Position numbers and translations under genes: made by a program | Part shown: positions 1 to 10,058 of the stretch, piece after piece | How positions within the stretch are numbered: position 1 is the first letter of the stretch | Layout of the letters: every line of letters starts with the position of its first letter | Notes under the pieces: model-generated | Seen by the model: the letters and a program-made list of their open reading frames with translations, nothing else | What the model was told of the DNA's origin: nothing | The model's database searches: none | Assembly (NCBI GenBank): GCA_016214605.1 | Contig: JACROD010000020.1 | Span: forward strand, 30,158 to 94,157 | Origin: Candidatus Kaiserbacteria bacterium | GTDB taxonomy: Bacteria > Patescibacteriota > Minisyncoccia > Phycocordibacterales > UBA2100 | Direction: 5' to 3' | DNA: 64,000 bases

Positions 1-1
1 G

Positions 2-352
2 TGGCTCTACGGCGTGCTCTACTTCTTGCTCGTATTCGTCTTCACGTACTTCTACACGGCGATCACCTTCGAGCCGCATCAACTTGCCAAGAATCTCCAG
101 AAGAACGGTGCCTTCATCCCCGGCGTGCGCCCTGGGATCAATACCGCCGAGTATCTCGCCAACATCATCACGCGCATCACGCTCGTCGGTGCCTTGTTCC
201 TCGGTATTTTGGCGGTCTTGCCGCTGATCCTCAAGGGCCTGACCGGTATCACCGCGATCACAATCGGCGGCACCGCACTCCTCATCGTCGTCTCTGTAGT
301 CCTCGATCTCGTCAAAAAGATCGACGCACAGACTTCGATCCGGGAGTATTAA
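2..352 (+). CDS. secY: Preprotein translocase SecY, C-terminal part (starts before window)
   Basis: FTYFYT, NLQKNGAFIPGVRPG and GGTALLIVV are the conserved SecY C-terminal motifs; lies upstream of adk-map. Confidence 0.97.
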   Translation, partial: WLYGVLYFLLVFVFTYFYTAITFEPHQLAKNLQKNGAFIPGVRPGINTAEYLANIITRITLVGALFLGILAVLPLILKGLTGITAITIGGTALLIVVSVVLDLVKKIDAQTSIREY

Positions 353-367
353 GAGGTTGTCGTCAAG

Positions 368-402
368 AAACGGCACGGGATAGCCGTGCTGTTTTTGTTT
401 TG
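368..402 (+). terminator. Intrinsic terminator after secY
   Basis: aaacggcacgg-gatag-ccgtgctgttt stem followed by a T-rich run. Confidence 0.7.
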
Positions 403-441
403 TAAACAGGCACAAGAGGATAAATTTGTTATAGTATTCGC

Positions 442-1023
442 ATGGGACAAAAACAAGTCGTCGTCATCGCGGGACCTTCGGGGTCCGGCAAGAATGCGGT
501 GATCGACGGGATCATCAAACAATGTCCGCGCTGCGAGCGCTTGGTGACCGCGACGACGCGCAAGCCGCGAGAAGGGGAGATCAACGGCGTCGATTACCAT
601 TTTCTCCCGCGTGATGAGTTTGATCGCGCGCTCGCGAGTGGTGATATCCTTGAGCACCGCTATGTAAGCGCGCTCAATACACACTATGGCGTCTACCGGC
701 CCGACCTCGAAAGCCGACTCATGCTCGGCGAAGTGGTATTGGCGCACCTCGATATCATCGGTGCGCGCTACCTCAAAGAGCACTACAACGCGACGACAAT
801 CTTCATATTGCCGGATTCGTTTGAGGTTCTCGAGACTCGCGTGCGTGGCCGCAACAAAGGCATGACCGATGGGGAGGTGAGGGAGCGTATGGAGATCGCG
901 CACAAGGAGATAACAGAACATGCACCCGAATATGACTATCGGGTGGTCAACGAGAATGGTAAGCTGAAAGAGACTGTATTGAAAGTATTGGAAATACTAC
1001 ATAAAGAAGGATATACTTTCTAG
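442..1023 (+). CDS. gmk: Guanylate kinase
   Basis: GPSGSGK P-loop, TTRKPREGEINGVDYHF motif, YDYRVVNE near the C-terminus. Confidence 0.93.
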   Translation: MGQKQVVVIAGPSGSGKNAVIDGIIKQCPRCERLVTATTRKPREGEINGVDYHFLPRDEFDRALASGDILEHRYVSALNTHYGVYRPDLESRLMLGEVVLAHLDIIGARYLKEHYNATTIFILPDSFEVLETRVRGRNKGMTDGEVRERMEIAHKEITEHAPEYDYRVVNENGKLKETVLKVLEILHKEGYTF

Positions 1024-1079
1024 GTACTTTCATTTCGTTTACGAATTAATATCAATAATAACTCCAGCAAACAATAGAC

Positions 1080-1718
1080 ATGAGCAATGACCAGGGTATA
1101 GACGCAAACGGTTCAAGTTCAACTCCAAACAAAACACAGCCGGTAACACTCCTTTTTTTCGGTTCTCAAGGCTCAGGTAAGGGTACGCAGGTCAGCAAGA
1201 TCATCGGACATCTCACGACCAAATCGGATACCAAGGTGATCCGTATCGACATGGGTGCAGAATTGCGCGCTATGGTGGCGGAAGGAGGACACACGGGACC
1301 GCTCGTGCATGCAGTGATCAATGCCGGCAAGCGTATATCCGATTTCATGCCGATCTACCTATCGACCAAAAGAATGGTCGAGGAGTTTACGGGAGTCGAG
1401 CATATCATCGCCGACGGCCTCGCGCGTGGTGAAGATCAGACAAGGGGCTTCGACGACATGATGCAGTTTTATGGGCGCGGTGATTATCAGATCATCCACC
1501 TCACGCTTTCTGAAGACACTGCGGTCAAAAGGCTTCTCGCGCGCGGTCGTGCCGACGACACCGAAGAAGCCATCCGGGCGCGTCTCGTCTGGAACAAACA
1601 GATCGTCGAGCCGCAGCTTGAGCTTTTGCGCAGGCGCGGTAAGACCGTCTTTGATATCAACGGCGAGCAGGATGCCGAGGCGGTGCATAGGGATATCCTT
1701 TCCGCGCTAAAGTGGTAA
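1080..1718 (+). CDS. adk: Adenylate kinase family nucleoside monophosphate kinase
   Basis: GSQGSGKGTQ P-loop, RGRADDTEEAIRARL short lid; position between secY and map. Confidence 0.85.
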   Translation: MSNDQGIDANGSSSTPNKTQPVTLLFFGSQGSGKGTQVSKIIGHLTTKSDTKVIRIDMGAELRAMVAEGGHTGPLVHAVINAGKRISDFMPIYLSTKRMVEEFTGVEHIIADGLARGEDQTRGFDDMMQFYGRGDYQIIHLTLSEDTAVKRLLARGRADDTEEAIRARLVWNKQIVEPQLELLRRRGKTVFDINGEQDAEAVHRDILSALKW

Positions 1719-1728
1719 AGTATCCACT

Positions 1729-2499
1729 ATGATAGCTAAAACGCCAGAAGACATCGATGCACTACGCGAAGGCGGTAGACGGCTTGCACGGCATGTGAGC
1801 ACTTTGGTCAATATGCTCAAGCCCGGCCTTGAGGTGACCGAGCTCGAAAAGCGCGCGCGAGAAATGGTGGCTACAGACGGCGACGAACTCGCCTTTTTTG
1901 GGTATCCGTCGGGAAGGCGTGGGGAGAAATATCCGACCGCGATCTGTCTTTCGATCAATGACGCAATCGTGCACGGGATCGCGAGCCAGACCGATTACGT
2001 CCTGCAGGGAGGCGATGTGGTCTCGATCGACTTTGGCGTCAAACACAAAGGCCTCTACACCGATCATGCCAAGACCGCGATCGTGGGATCGCCCTTGAAT
2101 ACCGAGGACGAAAAACTCGTACGCGGCACTTATGAGGCGCTTGCGATAGGGATCGCGGCGGCCAAGCAGGGTGGACGCACAGGTGATATCGGGGCGGCAG
2201 TAGAAGCGATCGCCAAAAAGTACCACTTTGGCTTTCCACGCGATCTCGCCGGACATGGCGTCGGACGCGCATTACACGAGGATCCGCACGTGCCCAATTA
2301 TGGGACCGCCGGTACTGGCGCCTTACTCGAACATAATCTCGTGATCGCGATTGAGCCGATGATGACGCTCGGGTCCGGTGATCTCTATGTCGACAAAGAC
2401 AACTTCACCTATCGCACCAAAGACGGCTCCCGCGCCGCGCACGCCGAGCATACGGTGATCATCACCGAAGTAGGAGTCGAGATACTGACAAAGGAATAA
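1729..2499 (+). CDS. map: Type I methionine aminopeptidase
   Basis: SINDAIVHGI, DVVSIDFG, GHGVG..LHEDP, AIEPM and HAEHTV motifs. Confidence 0.96.
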   Translation: MIAKTPEDIDALREGGRRLARHVSTLVNMLKPGLEVTELEKRAREMVATDGDELAFFGYPSGRRGEKYPTAICLSINDAIVHGIASQTDYVLQGGDVVSIDFGVKHKGLYTDHAKTAIVGSPLNTEDEKLVRGTYEALAIGIAAAKQGGRTGDIGAAVEAIAKKYHFGFPRDLAGHGVGRALHEDPHVPNYGTAGTGALLEHNLVIAIEPMMTLGSGDLYVDKDNFTYRTKDGSRAAHAEHTVIITEVGVEILTKE

Positions 2500-2500
2500 T

Positions 2501-2680
2501 ATGGAAGAGATTCCGCGTCGCAAAGAAAAGGGTCCTGATACGACGTGGGGGAAGCTCGCAAGACCGGCAGATCATATCGTGATCAACGAAGACTCTTCGG
2601 AAGAACACCGAACTCCCAAAGAAGGGTTTGCTTATAGAAATGAGTTGAAGAAAAATAATAAGGAACAATCCGATACATAA
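2501..2680 (+). CDS. Possible 59-aa hypothetical protein (MEEIPRRKEKGPDTTWG...)
   Basis: Manually translated open frame starting 1 nt after the map stop; no recognisable motif. Confidence 0.3.
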   Translation: MEEIPRRKEKGPDTTWGKLARPADHIVINEDSSEEHRTPKEGFAYRNELKKNNKEQSDT

Positions 2681-2691
2681 GGTCATCCAAG

Positions 2692-3040
2692 TACATAGGG
2701 CTGTCCTGTGTATTCATTGTCCAAGTTCCCGTTTTTGCTCTTCTGTACGACGGGTGCGCTCCTCGCTTTGCCTCTTCAAGCGTTCTAATTGTCTGGCCTT
2801 TGCTTTCTGTAACGACTCTTCTCGATTTACGGGATCCGATCCTTTTTCGTATTCCTCGATAGTCTTTGTCAGTTTCTGTTGTGCAATTTCTAGATCAGCA
2901 TGCGCCCGCTTGTTTTCAGCCAGAGCTTCCTTCAGTCTATGATCGGTTGTCTCTGTATGCTTTTGTAAATGCTTGCCGAAGCCCTTGAAGAATTCCATTT
3001 CTGAATCATAACAAAAATACATAGGGCTGTCCTGTGTATT
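2692..3040. repeat. 23-bp direct repeat tacatagggctgtcctgtgtatt at 2692-2714 and 3018-3040, each a terminator-like hairpin
   Basis: Exact duplicate read from the sequence, flanking one small ORF. Confidence 0.9.
2714..2998 (-). CDS. Hypothetical coiled-coil protein (~94 aa)
   Basis: Charged helical ORF; TG-t-TATGAT lies 6 nt before the ATG at 2998. Confidence 0.6.
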   Translation of the reverse strand: MEFFKGFGKHLQKHTETTDHRLKEALAENKRAHADLEIAQQKLTKTIEEYEKGSDPVNREESLQKAKARQLERLKRQSEERTRRTEEQKRELGQ

Positions 3041-3088
3041 GGCGGAGAGTAGCGACCGCGTATCTGTTTGGGGTGGTATAATTTTCTC

Positions 3089-5857
3089 ATGGAAACGCGC
3101 GGGATGGAGCGGACACGCTCCGCATCAGCGGAAAAATTCAAGTCTCCGCAGGAGGAGCTTGCCTATTTGCGTGAGCGCGTGCGAGAGAAAGAACGCGAGC
3201 TTGATGTCCCGTCGGGTAATCGGGTCGAGAGCGATCGTATCGCCAAGCGCGAGTTGCGTGCATATGGCGAGGTCCCCGCATCACGCGTCTTACACGAGGA
3301 CTTTGTCATACCCGAGCACGAGACGATCCGCCAAATACTCAAGCTCGAACCGGAGACTCACGACAAGCAGATCGACGGCCTTCTCGATATGGTCGCTCAG
3401 CATGGGATCCGCAATGCACTTTCCATCGCCTCGCGCATGAAAAACCCCCACCTCGAAGACGATCTACATCGGGCGATAGTACAGTATATCGCCGAAGGTC
3501 TGCCATCGTCCGGCTATATGCCGGAGAAGGTCCGCAAAGGCCTCAATATGGTGCTTTTTGAGATACATCCGCAGGCGCAGGTCGCTGGCGAACAGGGGCA
3601 AATGCAACAGCACAAACTGGAACAGATGCTCTCATCGTCGGAGCAATTGTATGCCGGACTCTTGTCGCTCGTCGGCGAAGGCGAGTCTTTTTCCCTAGAG
3701 ATCGCGGTAGCCGAGGGTACCGAGGAGGCATCGCTCTATCTCGCCGTACCACGGCAAAAAAAGGACCTGACTGAGCGCCTGATATCATCGGTTTTTCCCA
3801 ATGCGCGCATCGATGAAAACCGCGGCGATTACAATATCTTCAACTACGAAGGTGAACATGCCGCCGCCTATGCCAAGCTTGCCGAGCATCCGGCACGACC
3901 GTTGAAGACCTACGAAGCATTCGAGCACGATCCGCTCAATGTGACCTTGGCCGCCTTTGCACGTATTGCCAAGCACGGTGAAGGTGCGGCTCTGCAGATC
4001 GTCGTCTCGAGCGAAGGAGATCGATACAATCGCCACTACCAAAAGATGCTTCGTGAACTCGAGAAGGGGAAGACCATGGGTGAGGCGCTGCACGTCCCCG
4101 AGACGGTCTTTGGCGAGGTCATACACGATATCGCATCGTCGATATTTACTACGGATGCGGAAAAACAAAAAGAGAAGGAGCACGAAATGCGACGTACATC
4201 CGACTCGGTATCGGCCGAAGCGATCGGTCGCAAGATCAAAAGCCGGATCGTCCCCGTGACGATCCGGCTCGTCACGTCGGCACCGACTGCGGCGCGGGCG
4301 GAGGAATTGCTCAAGAACCTCGCAAGCCCGTTCGGTCAGTTTGACGATGCCAAGGGTAATCGCCTCGTTTTCAAGGAGGTATCGAGCTGGTATCTGGGGG
4401 ACTTTTTGCGCGCGTTTACCTTTCGCGAATTCGACGAGGGGAGTGCTTTGCCGTTTTCGCTCACCGAGATCACGTCGATCTTTCATTTCACCGCCGAGCT
4501 CGTGACCACATCGCGTGAGCTCAAGAAGAGCTACGCCAAACAATCTCCCGCCCCGGTCGAAATGCCGCAAGACGGTATCACGCTTGGTATCAATCGCTAC
4601 GGCGGGTCCGATACGACGGTCAAATTCGGCGCTGCGGATCGTTTGCGTCACGCCTATGTCATCGGCCAGACAGGTACCGGCAAGACGGGCTTGATCAAAA
4701 ACATGATCATGCAAGATATTAAAAATGGCGAGGGTGTCGCTTTCATTGATCCGCACGGCAACGACATCGAAGACGTACTCGCCTCGGTGCCGCCCGAGCG
4801 CTACGACGACGTGATCTACTTCGATCCGGCATATACGGCGCGGCCGATGGGCCTCAATATGCTCGAATACGACGTGACGCGCCCCGAGATGAAGACGCTC
4901 GTCATCGACGAGGTCTACGGCATCTTCCGCAAGCTCTATTCCGATGTGCCGGAAGCGTTTGGCCCGATGTTTGAGCAGTACTATCGCAACGCCGTGCAGC
5001 TCGTACTCGAAGACCCTGATTCGGGCAACACTTTTGTCGAGATCGCACGCATATTCGCCGACGCGGATTTTCGCGATATGAAGCTCGCACACTGCAAGAA
5101 TCCGATCGTCGTGCAGTTTTGGCGCAAAATCGCCGAGCAGGCGCAAGGCGATCCCAGCCTCGAAAACATCGCGCCGTACATCGTCGGCAAGTTCGACGTA
5201 TTCCTCACGAATGATGTCATGCGCCCGATCGTCGCGCAGGAAAAATCCGCTTTCGACTTTCGCGAGATCATGGATGGGCGCAAGATCTTTTTGGCCAATC
5301 TCTCCAAGGGGCGCTTGGGTGATCGCAATACTTCGCTCCTCGGGCTCGTGCTCGTGTCCAAATTCCTCCAGGCGGCATTTTCGCGCGCCGATACACGCGG
5401 GGATATGCCACCTTTCTATTTCTATATCGACGAATTCCAAAACTTTGCCACGCCGTCGATCTCGACGATCCTCTCCGAAGCGCGCAAATACAAACTCTCG
5501 CTCACGATCGCGCACCAATTCATCGCGCAATTGGATGAAAGTATCAGGGATGCCGTGATCGGCAACGTCGGCACCAAGGCGGCGTTCCGTGTTGGCACCA
5601 CCGACGCCGAATTCTTGTCCAAGCAGTTCGAGCCGACCTTCACCGCCGCCGATCTCGAAAACCTCCCCAATCGCAATGCCGTACTCTCGCTCCTGGTCAA
5701 TGGCAAGCCCGCGCGTCCTTTCACTATCGAGACAGTCAACCTCCCACATGTCGACTACAGCGTGGTCGACATGCTCAAAAAACTTTCGTACGATAAATAT
5801 GGAGCCGACCGAGAAGAAGTAGAGGCGGAAATAAGGCGCAAATTTGCCCAATTGTAG
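3089..5857 (+). CDS. VirD4/TraD/HerA-like ATPase with long N-terminal extension
   Basis: DRLRHAYVIGQTGTGKT Walker A, FIDPHG, YIDEFQNF Walker B, LSEARKY; start placed at the ATG after TGG-TATAAT. Confidence 0.88.
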   Translation: METRGMERTRSASAEKFKSPQEELAYLRERVREKERELDVPSGNRVESDRIAKRELRAYGEVPASRVLHEDFVIPEHETIRQILKLEPETHDKQIDGLLDMVAQHGIRNALSIASRMKNPHLEDDLHRAIVQYIAEGLPSSGYMPEKVRKGLNMVLFEIHPQAQVAGEQGQMQQHKLEQMLSSSEQLYAGLLSLVGEGESFSLEIAVAEGTEEASLYLAVPRQKKDLTERLISSVFPNARIDENRGDYNIFNYEGEHAAAYAKLAEHPARPLKTYEAFEHDPLNVTLAAFARIAKHGEGAALQIVVSSEGDRYNRHYQKMLRELEKGKTMGEALHVPETVFGEVIHDIASSIFTTDAEKQKEKEHEMRRTSDSVSAEAIGRKIKSRIVPVTIRLVTSAPTAARAEELLKNLASPFGQFDDAKGNRLVFKEVSSWYLGDFLRAFTFREFDEGSALPFSLTEITSIFHFTAELVTTSRELKKSYAKQSPAPVEMPQDGITLGINRYGGSDTTVKFGAADRLRHAYVIGQTGTGKTGLIKNMIMQDIKNGEGVAFIDPHGNDIEDVLASVPPERYDDVIYFDPAYTARPMGLNMLEYDVTRPEMKTLVIDEVYGIFRKLYSDVPEAFGPMFEQYYRNAVQLVLEDPDSGNTFVEIARIFADADFRDMKLAHCKNPIVVQFWRKIAEQAQGDPSLENIAPYIVGKFDVFLTNDVMRPIVAQEKSAFDFREIMDGRKIFLANLSKGRLGDRNTSLLGLVLVSKFLQAAFSRADTRGDMPPFYFYIDEFQNFATPSISTILSEARKYKLSLTIAHQFIAQLDESIRDAVIGNVGTKAAFRVGTTDAEFLSKQFEPTFTAADLENLPNRNAVLSLLVNGKPARPFTIETVNLPHVDYSVVDMLKKLSYDKYGADREEVEAEIRRKFAQL

Positions 5858-5906
5858 GCCCAATTGTAGGCTTCTTTCCGGGGCGGAAATGTGCTACAGT
5901 GGCGTC

Positions 5907-6491
5907 ATGCAAAAAATAAAAGAAGAGAAGACGTTTGTCATGATTAAGCCCGACGGTGTCCGTAAGGGCCTTATTGGTGAGGTTATTAAAAGGTTTGAAC
6001 AGCGTGATCTTAAGATTGTTGCGTTGGAGATGTTTCAGCCGTCGCATGAGATGATAGACAATCACTATCCGAAAGATGAAGCATGGAAGGAACGGCTTGG
6101 TAATAAGACCCTCGCAACATACGAGAAATATGGCATTGATGCCGTTAAGGAGCTTGGATCCGATGATCCTAAGGTACTTGGTGAATTAGTCCGTAAGTGG
6201 CTCCTGGACTTTATGACGTCTGCTCCCTTGGTGCGTATGGTAGTACAGGGCGTGCATGCAGTAGACATGGTCCGCAAGATCGCGGGGCCGACTATGCCAT
6301 ACGCGGCAGACATGGGGACACTTCGTGGCGATTTTTCGAATGATTCTCCAGCAATTGCCAATAGCGAGAAACGTGCGGTAGCCAACATCCTTCATGCGTC
6401 AGAAACTCCACAGGAGGCAGAGCACGAGATTGAATATTGGTTCGGTAAATCACCAATATTTCAGTATAAACGCTACGGAGTGGATGAGTAG
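5907..6491 (+). CDS. ndk: Nucleoside diphosphate kinase
   Basis: EKTFVMIKPDGV, GTLRGDF and NILHASE (catalytic His). Confidence 0.95.
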   Translation: MQKIKEEKTFVMIKPDGVRKGLIGEVIKRFEQRDLKIVALEMFQPSHEMIDNHYPKDEAWKERLGNKTLATYEKYGIDAVKELGSDDPKVLGELVRKWLLDFMTSAPLVRMVVQGVHAVDMVRKIAGPTMPYAADMGTLRGDFSNDSPAIANSEKRAVANILHASETPQEAEHEIEYWFGKSPIFQYKRYGVDE

Positions 6492-6509
6492 TGCTATATA
6501 GGGCTGGTT

Positions 6510-6902
6510 ATGGAAAAGGAGTTTGACATCTGGAACGAGGCGAAAAAGCAGATCAATGCCGATGATGTGCGTGCTGATGTCTTTTATCACACACGTGAAG
6601 TTTGGTGGATCGCACTTGGTACCAATATCGGCTTCGAACAAGATGGCACCGGAAAAGGGCATCAGCGCCCCGCCATTATCCTAAAGGGCTTCAGTAAGTC
6701 AGTGTGTCTGATCATCCCGCTTACGACCTCAAAGAAACGGAATAAGTATTATGTGTCTGCGGGAACCATAGACGGAAAGGAAGCGGCCGCCATCGTATCA
6801 CAAGTGCGACTGGTCGATACACGGCGTCTGGTCAATCGAATCGGATTGTTGGATCACGATATTTTTGAGAACATCAGAAAAGCCGTCAAAGACATGCTCT
6901 GA
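6510..6902 (+). CDS. PemK/MazF family endoribonuclease toxin, no adjacent protein antitoxin
   Basis: EVWW..LG.NIGFEQDG, RPAIIL, IIPLTT and SQVRLVDTRRL motifs. Confidence 0.85.
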   Translation: MEKEFDIWNEAKKQINADDVRADVFYHTREVWWIALGTNIGFEQDGTGKGHQRPAIILKGFSKSVCLIIPLTTSKKRNKYYVSAGTIDGKEAAAIVSQVRLVDTRRLVNRIGLLDHDIFENIRKAVKDML

Positions 6903-6953
6903 CGGCTTTTCTGATGTTCTCCCTCTTGCGAGGGCGAGGCCGAAGCCATTTGT
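6867..6953. ncRNA. Candidate structured RNA at the pemK 3' end
   Basis: Perfect 22-bp inverted repeat 6867-6888/6900-6921, then small hairpins ccctc-ttgc-gaggg and ggc-cgaa-gcc. Confidence 0.5.
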
Positions 6954-6999
6954 CCATCAATAATATGCCCACTTAAAAAAAAGTCAACTTTCAGTCTAT

Positions 7000-7296
7000 A
7001 TGCAATACATTCACCAATCACACTACGGCCATGCGGGCGGGCTCCATACCGCCAAGCCCATCATGGCGATAGACAAGGGCCATGTGTACAACATGGTCAA
7101 TGGTCGCCCCGACACCAAAGCACTCTACCAGGTCAAGGGCAACAAGCTCTATGCGACGTCGCTTCACCCCGACGGTGCTTCGAATCATGCCATGTTTGAG
7201 ATCAAGGGCGACAAGATCCATACAACGATCAACCATCCGGCGCATAATCCCGCTTCGCATACCTTCGTCATTAAGCCGGGGGAGATGTACACTTAA
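7000..7296 (+). CDS. His-rich hypothetical protein with short internal repeats
   Basis: YQVKGNKLY/FEIKGDKIH repeats; lies upstream of the copper cluster. Confidence 0.6.
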   Translation: MQYIHQSHYGHAGGLHTAKPIMAIDKGHVYNMVNGRPDTKALYQVKGNKLYATSLHPDGASNHAMFEIKGDKIHTTINHPAHNPASHTFVIKPGEMYT

Positions 7297-7305
7297 GCGT
7301 ATCTT

Positions 7306-7698
7306 ATGAACATCTTGCGCAGACATACCATCGCCCTCATCCTTCTTACGGTTTTCGTCTCGATGACCATGGGCGGGGTGTTTTCATATCAAATGATGAT
7401 GCAAGACGGCACAATGCATGATTGCCCTTACATGGGTATCGCCGTGCTGTGCGACATGACGCCGCTTACACACCTTTCAAAGTGGCAAAATATGTTTTCC
7501 GCTACCGTACAGGTGCTCGTCGTCCTCGCGCTCCTTTTACTGCTCGCGGCATTCATCACCTCACGTTTTGTACAAGACCTCTTTTTACCGATGCAATCGC
7601 CGCCGCGAGCCGTATCCCGATACAGATATAGGGAAAGCATAACCGATCCCTTGCGTTTGGCGTTTGCCCGCGGACTCATTCACCCCAAGATCTTCTAA
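7306..7698 (+). CDS. Hypothetical membrane protein with Met/Cys/His cluster
   Basis: Two hydrophobic segments, MMMQDGTMHDCPYMG..LCDM; directly upstream of the Cu ATPase. Confidence 0.7.
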   Translation: MNILRRHTIALILLTVFVSMTMGGVFSYQMMMQDGTMHDCPYMGIAVLCDMTPLTHLSKWQNMFSATVQVLVVLALLLLLAAFITSRFVQDLFLPMQSPPRAVSRYRYRESITDPLRLAFARGLIHPKIF

Positions 7699-7756
7699 CG
7701 ACAGGTGATTTTCATGTAGGTTTTTCCTACGGTGCTTTACTCTATAATCATCTGTT

Positions 7757-10054
7757 ATGGATCATATTCAAACATACAAAGTAAAAGGGATGCATTGCGC
7801 TTCGTGCGCGAGCATCATAGAAAAGACGTTCAAGAAAAAAGAAGGCGTACACTCGGTCGAAGTGAACTACGCGACCGAAACTGCGAAGGTCGCGCATGAT
7901 GCAGAAAAAGTCAGTCCAGAGCAGCTATCCAAAATCATCGAACCGCTCGGCTACTCGCTCATCCTGCCGATGGCGAATGATGAAATGAGAATGTTTGCCG
8001 AAGATCATGCCGCTCACCTCGGTCCCAATCAATCAAAGAAAGAGAAATCCACTGAACTTGCCGAGATGAAAACCAAGGTGACGATTGCCATTCCGCTCGC
8101 GATCTTCAGCGGTTTCGTCATGGCGTGGGAAATACTGGCACAATTCAATGCGGTTCCCGCCGTGCCCTATGTGTGGAGTGAGTTTTTTCACCACATCCTG
8201 CCGCTCATGGCGACGTACATGCTCTTCGTCGTCGGCAAGCCGTATCTTCTCGGTATGTATCGGTTCTTTCGATATGGAAGCGCCAACATGGACACACTGA
8301 TTGGCATTGGCACGTCGGCGGCGTATCTCTATAGTGTCATTGTTTCGGCATTTGAGGAGTCATTGCGCCCCTTTCTCAATGTCGATCATACCTACTACGA
8401 CGTGGCGATCGTCGTGATCGCGTTTATCACGCTTGGCAAATATCTGGAAGCGCAATCCAAACTCAAGACGGGTGACGCGATAGAAAAATTACTCAACTTG
8501 CAAGCGAAAACCGCGCTCGTCGTGCGGGATGGGAGGGAAGTCGAAGTGCCGATAGAGAAAATCGTGCATGGCGACATGATCGTCGTGAAGCCCGCAGGCA
8601 AAATACCCGTCGACGGAGTGGTCGTAGACGGTTCATCATACGTGGATGAAGCGATGATCACCGGCGAGCCGATGCCTGTCTCAAAGACAGTCGGAGACAC
8701 AGTGGTCGGAGGCACGCTCAACACTACGGGCGCGTTCACGTTTCGAGCCACAAAAGTCGGCTCGGAGACATTGCTTGCGCATATCATCAAGATGGTCGAG
8801 GAGGCGCAGGGAAGCAAGGCACCGATACAGACATTGGCGGATAAAATCTCAAGTGTTTTCGTGCCTGTTGTGCTTGTGCTCGCGTTCGTGTCTTTGGGGG
8901 CGTGGCTGTTGATCGGCACATCGTACCTCGGCTTCGCACAAGCGCTTTCGTTCGGTCTGGTGTCCTTCGTAGGTATCCTCGTGATCGCGTGTCCGTGTGC
9001 ACTCGGGCTTGCTACGCCCACCGCGATCATCGTCGGCGTGGGCAAGGGTGCGAAGGAAGGAATCCTCATCAAAGACGCGGCGACGCTTGAAAAATTGAAC
9101 AAAGTGAATACAGTGGTGGTCGATAAGACGGGGACCTTGACCAAGGGCAAGCCGGAGTTCATCTCGATACAAAAATTCTCACAGATGAACGATGAAAAAA
9201 TACTGGCAATTCTCGCGGCATTGGAGAAAAAGTCGGAGCATCCGATCGCGCACGCGATTGTCTCTCATGCGGAGGCGAAAGGCGTGTCCTTGCCTGCCGT
9301 GCACTCGTTTGAGGCGATCAAAGGCAAGGGGCTCAGAGGAATAGTTGAGGGTGCGGAGTATTTTGCCGGCAATGCGAAACTCATCACCGATATGCATCTC
9401 ACGATCGATACGGAAGTGCTTGAAAAAGAGACACGGAAGGGCAACACGCCCGTGCTCCTTGCGACCAGAGAACAAGTGCTTGCTCTTGTGATGGTCGCAG
9501 ATCAACTCAAAGAAAACGCAAAAGACGCCATTGATCGGCTCCACAGCCTTGGCATCAAAGTGGTCATGCTCACGGGCGATGATAAGAACACCGCCGCGCA
9601 TATCGCAAGGCGGGTCGGTATCGACGAAGTGATCGCCGAGGTAACACCCGAAGACAAACTCAACACGATTAAAAAATACCAGGCACAGGGACGGATCGTG
9701 GCCATGGCGGGCGACGGTGTCAACGATGCGCCCGCGCTCGCACAAGCCGACGTCGGCATCGCCATGGCGACGGGGACGGATGTAGCGATCGAGACGGCTG
9801 GCATTGCGCTCCTCCACGGCGACATCTCCAAGCTCGTCAAAGCGATCAATCTCTCGAAGATGACGATGCGCGGCATCAAACAGAATCTCTTCTGGGCGTT
9901 TATCTACAACATCGTCGGCATACCGCTCGCGGGAGGATTGTTCTATCCTGTATTCGGCTGGTTGCTCAATCCGGTATTTGCGGGGCTCGCCATGGCGTTT
10001 TCAAGCGTCTCGGTAGTCACCAACTCATTACGCATCAAATCAAAATCACTCTAA
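7757..10054 (+). CDS. copA: Copper-translocating P1B-type ATPase
   Basis: GMHCASC HMA domain, [37 protein letters not shown] and MAFSS motifs. Confidence 0.95.
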   Translation: MDHIQTYKVKGMHCASCASIIEKTFKKKEGVHSVEVNYATETAKVAHDAEKVSPEQLSKIIEPLGYSLILPMANDEMRMFAEDHAAHLGPNQSKKEKSTELAEMKTKVTIAIPLAIFSGFVMAWEILAQFNAVPAVPYVWSEFFHHILPLMATYMLFVVGKPYLLGMYRFFRYGSANMDTLIGIGTSAAYLYSVIVSAFEESLRPFLNVDHTYYDVAIVVIAFITLGKYLEAQSKLKTGDAIEKLLNLQAKTALVVRDGREVEVPIEKIVHGDMIVVKPAGKIPVDGVVVDGSSYVDEAMITGEPMPVSKTVGDTVVGGTLNTTGAFTFRATKVGSETLLAHIIKMVEEAQGSKAPIQTLADKISSVFVPVVLVLAFVSLGAWLLIGTSYLGFAQALSFGLVSFVGILVIACPCALGLATPTAIIVGVGKGAKEGILIKDAATLEKLNKVNTVVVDKTGTLTKGKPEFISIQKFSQMNDEKILAILAALEKKSEHPIAHAIVSHAEAKGVSLPAVHSFEAIKGKGLRGIVEGAEYFAGNAKLITDMHLTIDTEVLEKETRKGNTPVLLATREQVLALVMVADQLKENAKDAIDRLHSLGIKVVMLTGDDKNTAAHIARRVGIDEVIAEVTPEDKLNTIKKYQAQGRIVAMAGDGVNDAPALAQADVGIAMATGTDVAIETAGIALLHGDISKLVKAINLSKMTMRGIKQNLFWAFIYNIVGIPLAGGLFYPVFGWLLNPVFAGLAMAFSSVSVVTNSLRIKSKSL

Positions 10055-10058
10055 GTAT

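Noticed and set aside
3089-5857. VirD4-like gene as part of a conjugative element
   Set aside because: No relaxase, VirB4 or mating-pair genes nearby; it sits among housekeeping genes
3785-5863. 692-aa antisense ORF, and similar long shadow ORFs such as 16887-18248 and 60870-62207
   Set aside because: They lie opposite well-supported genes, have no motifs and are expected from codon bias
5846-5869. 12-bp tandem duplication gcccaattgtag at a stop codon
   Set aside because: Real, but most simply replication slippage with no evident consequence
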